Shown piece after piece: positions 39,430 to 41,204 of a stretch of DNA of 41,204 nucleotides (position 1 is its first letter; every line of letters begins with the position of its first letter). The translations under genes were made by a program, and so were the position numbers. A model generated the notes under the pieces. The model made no database searches. It had not been told where the DNA came from and saw only the letters and a list, made by a program, of their open reading frames with translations. This DNA is from Methanobacteriota archaeon (GTDB lineage Archaea; Altiarchaeota; Altiarchaeia; IMC4; SCGC-AAA252-I15), in NCBI GenBank assembly GCA_043823295.1, contig JBDRAY010000067.1:1-41204 (forward strand), given 5' to 3'.

Positions 39430-41202
39430 TTAAACCCCTGTATCATAATTCCAGCAGTTTTCCCACGCTCCGCTAACCGAATTCCAGCAGTATTCGTCTT
39501 CACCTACGAATGGCTCCCAAGTTTCATAGTCCCAGCCGTCGTCTGCCCCGCTGTCTCCGTCCCCTCCATCGCACATTTGCCCCGGAGGCTCTCCGGTGGG
39601 TTTTTTGATGTAGTATCCCATGCAAGGCATTATGTAGGTGATGTCTGCCGTGTTGGCCGTCACGTAGTCGAAGCCTTGGGTACCGGAATTCCATACCGCA
39701 AGGGATGTGCCGGTTTCAGCGCAGTCTGACCTGAATAGGGATAATGGACCTGCGTTGAGGGAGTGGTATCCCGCCGCCGCGTCCCAGCACTGGTCTCCAT
39801 TGCAGACTTCTGGTGCAGTGAATGTTGTTTGTGCTGAAGCTACTTCGGTTCCTTGAAATACTCCTATGGCAGCGTAGGTGCAGTGGAGCCAGTAGGAGCT
39901 TCCCCCTATTGTTGTTTGGTCTTGGAATTCGTTTGCCGCTGGCTTCCACTCGACCAGGATTGTGCAGTTGTCGTCTACTCCGAGGCCTGCGATTGTTGCA
40001 GTGTCTAGTGTTACTGGGCTGGAGAAGAAGTTCCAGCCTGCGACGAATTGTGTTGTCGGATATACTGTTATCGTGAAGGCGTTTATTGAGTCTCCTCCGG
40101 GGTCGTATCCCATTGTCGCGGCGGCCGCGCCTCCGGCGTCGTAACTGGATGATGAGTCTACTGCGAAGAAGGATATGTTGTAGCTTCGAGACTTGAGTGT
40201 TCCGTTCCAGTAGTATACTTTACCGTCTGTGTAGGTCGTATCTGAGGAGTCTGCTTCCTCCATTTCAAAACACATCGTCCCGATGCAGATGTTGATGTCG
40301 AATGGGGGGTTGTTGTCTGCGTCCGTGTAGTTTACTGTGAAGTTGAAGAGTGTTGATGAAGTGCCTTGCGTGGGTGATACTCCCTGATCGGTCAGGGTTG
40401 GTGGCACATCGCCTCCACACGTTGTCCCTTCTAAAGCCAAGTTTTCTATTGCAGTCCCAGTGACGTTGAATACGATGCAAAAGTCGGATGTTGTAGTGTT
40501 GTCTATCCTTGCCGCCGGGACTTCCGTCCCGCCCGTGATGCAGCCGAACATGCTGCCAGTGCATTCGCTCAGGTTCCTGCAGTCGTTGTCCCAGTTTGGC
40601 ACGTAGAAGGTGGCGTTCGAAGCCGACGCGGACTGGAAGCCCGAAGCCGCCACAAAACTCGCCCCCCGTTCGACCATTATGGAGGCGCTAAGGTTTAAGC
40701 TTCCGCTCACGTTGAAGTCGTGCCACCAGTACACGAGTACGTCGTCTGCGGTGATGCCATTTAAAAGCGCAATCCGGTACTTGCCCTGCAGGTTTTTCCG
40801 CCTTAGGCTGTCGCGAATATTCCTCCGCTGGTTCGAGGAAGCTGCAACCGGCATCCCCACGAACTTGTTCGGTAAAAGCTCAACTCCCAAAACCACATTA
40901 CTCTGGTTTTTCGGTATGCCGCCAGAAAGCGGGTAACCCGACAGAATCCAACCCGCCGGACAGTGAATGTCGCCCGTGCACACCGAACTTGAACAGCAGT
41001 CTTCGGAGTCCGCGCAGTCGATTAAGTTGTCGCCGTCATTGTCCAAGCCGTCATTGCAAAGACTTCCAGTCGTCGCCTCCGCACCCCAAGACAACTCCTG
41101 GTCAGCGTTGTTTATGTTAGAGTATTCAAAGCGTATCCAGGCGGCGGAACGGTTGGTGTCTGATAAGCGGACTTCGTCAATCTCACCATCAAAAGAAGCA
41201 TA
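39430..41202 (-). CDS. Large surface protein, 5'-truncated by the window (LamG/DUF2341-like end plus Ca-binding-like motif)
   Basis: Frame open to the window edge: FDGEIDEVRLSDTNRSAAWIRFEY; also CNDGLDNDGDNLIDCAD, YTDADNNPP and AGWNFFS. Confidence 0.8.
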   Translation of the reverse strand, partial: YASFDGEIDEVRLSDTNRSAAWIRFEYSNINNADQELSWGAEATTGSLCNDGLDNDGDNLIDCADSEDCCSSSVCTGDIHCPAGWILSGYPLSGGIPKNQSNVVLGVELLPNKFVGMPVAASSNQRRNIRDSLRRKNLQGKYRIALLNGITADDVLVYWWHDFNVSGSLNLSASIMVERGASFVAASGFQSASASNATFYVPNWDNDCRNLSECTGSMFGCITGGTEVPAARIDNTTTSDFCIVFNVTGTAIENLALEGTTCGGDVPPTLTDQGVSPTQGTSSTLFNFTVNYTDADNNPPFDINICIGTMCFEMEEADSSDTTYTDGKVYYWNGTLKSRSYNISFFAVDSSSSYDAGGAAAATMGYDPGGDSINAFTITVYPTTQFVAGWNFFSSPVTLDTATIAGLGVDDNCTILVEWKPAANEFQDQTTIGGSSYWLHCTYAAIGVFQGTEVASAQTTFTAPEVCNGDQCWDAAAGYHSLNAGPLSLFRSDCAETGTSLAVWNSGTQGFDYVTANTADITYIMPCMGYYIKKPTGEPPGQMCDGGDGDSGADDGWDYETWEPFVGEDEYCWNSVSGAWENCWNYDTGV

Positions 41203-41204
41203 CC

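Overview
Compact archaeal chromosome segment. Archaeal markers are eL33/L35Ae, Spt5, SecE, uL1, uL10/P0, SRP54 and TATA-type promoters; gene style suggests a DPANN/Altiarchaeota-like lineage (inference). It carries a four-subunit pyruvate:ferredoxin oxidoreductase operon, ftsZ-secE-spt5-rpl11, acs with a divergent wHTH regulator, an oppositely oriented rpl1-rpl10 pair, aroD/aroE around a larB-TPR-larC-Cys-cluster unit, srp54, a processive GT2 operon, a bacterial-type glyA-folD-purH-folC-folP operon, tRNA-Phe(GAA), tRNA-Arg(TCT) and three surface proteins, the last cut by the window edge. Four signals stand out. (1) tRNA-Phe is bracketed by copies of both its 5' end (31 bp) and its 3' end (12 bp), each fused to a multi-hairpin module, and the 3' module encloses one small AT-rich gene, like an integrase-free tRNA-anchored cassette. 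(2) Similar hairpin modules flank tRNA-Arg, and the G-T wobbles of all four favour the strand opposite the tRNA. (3) A circularly permuted uL1-binding-site mimic covers the rpl1 Shine-Dalgarno. (4) An in-frame TAG interrupts the acidic tail of rpl10, with 91 more open codons after it. No CRISPR array, transposase or integrase was seen.
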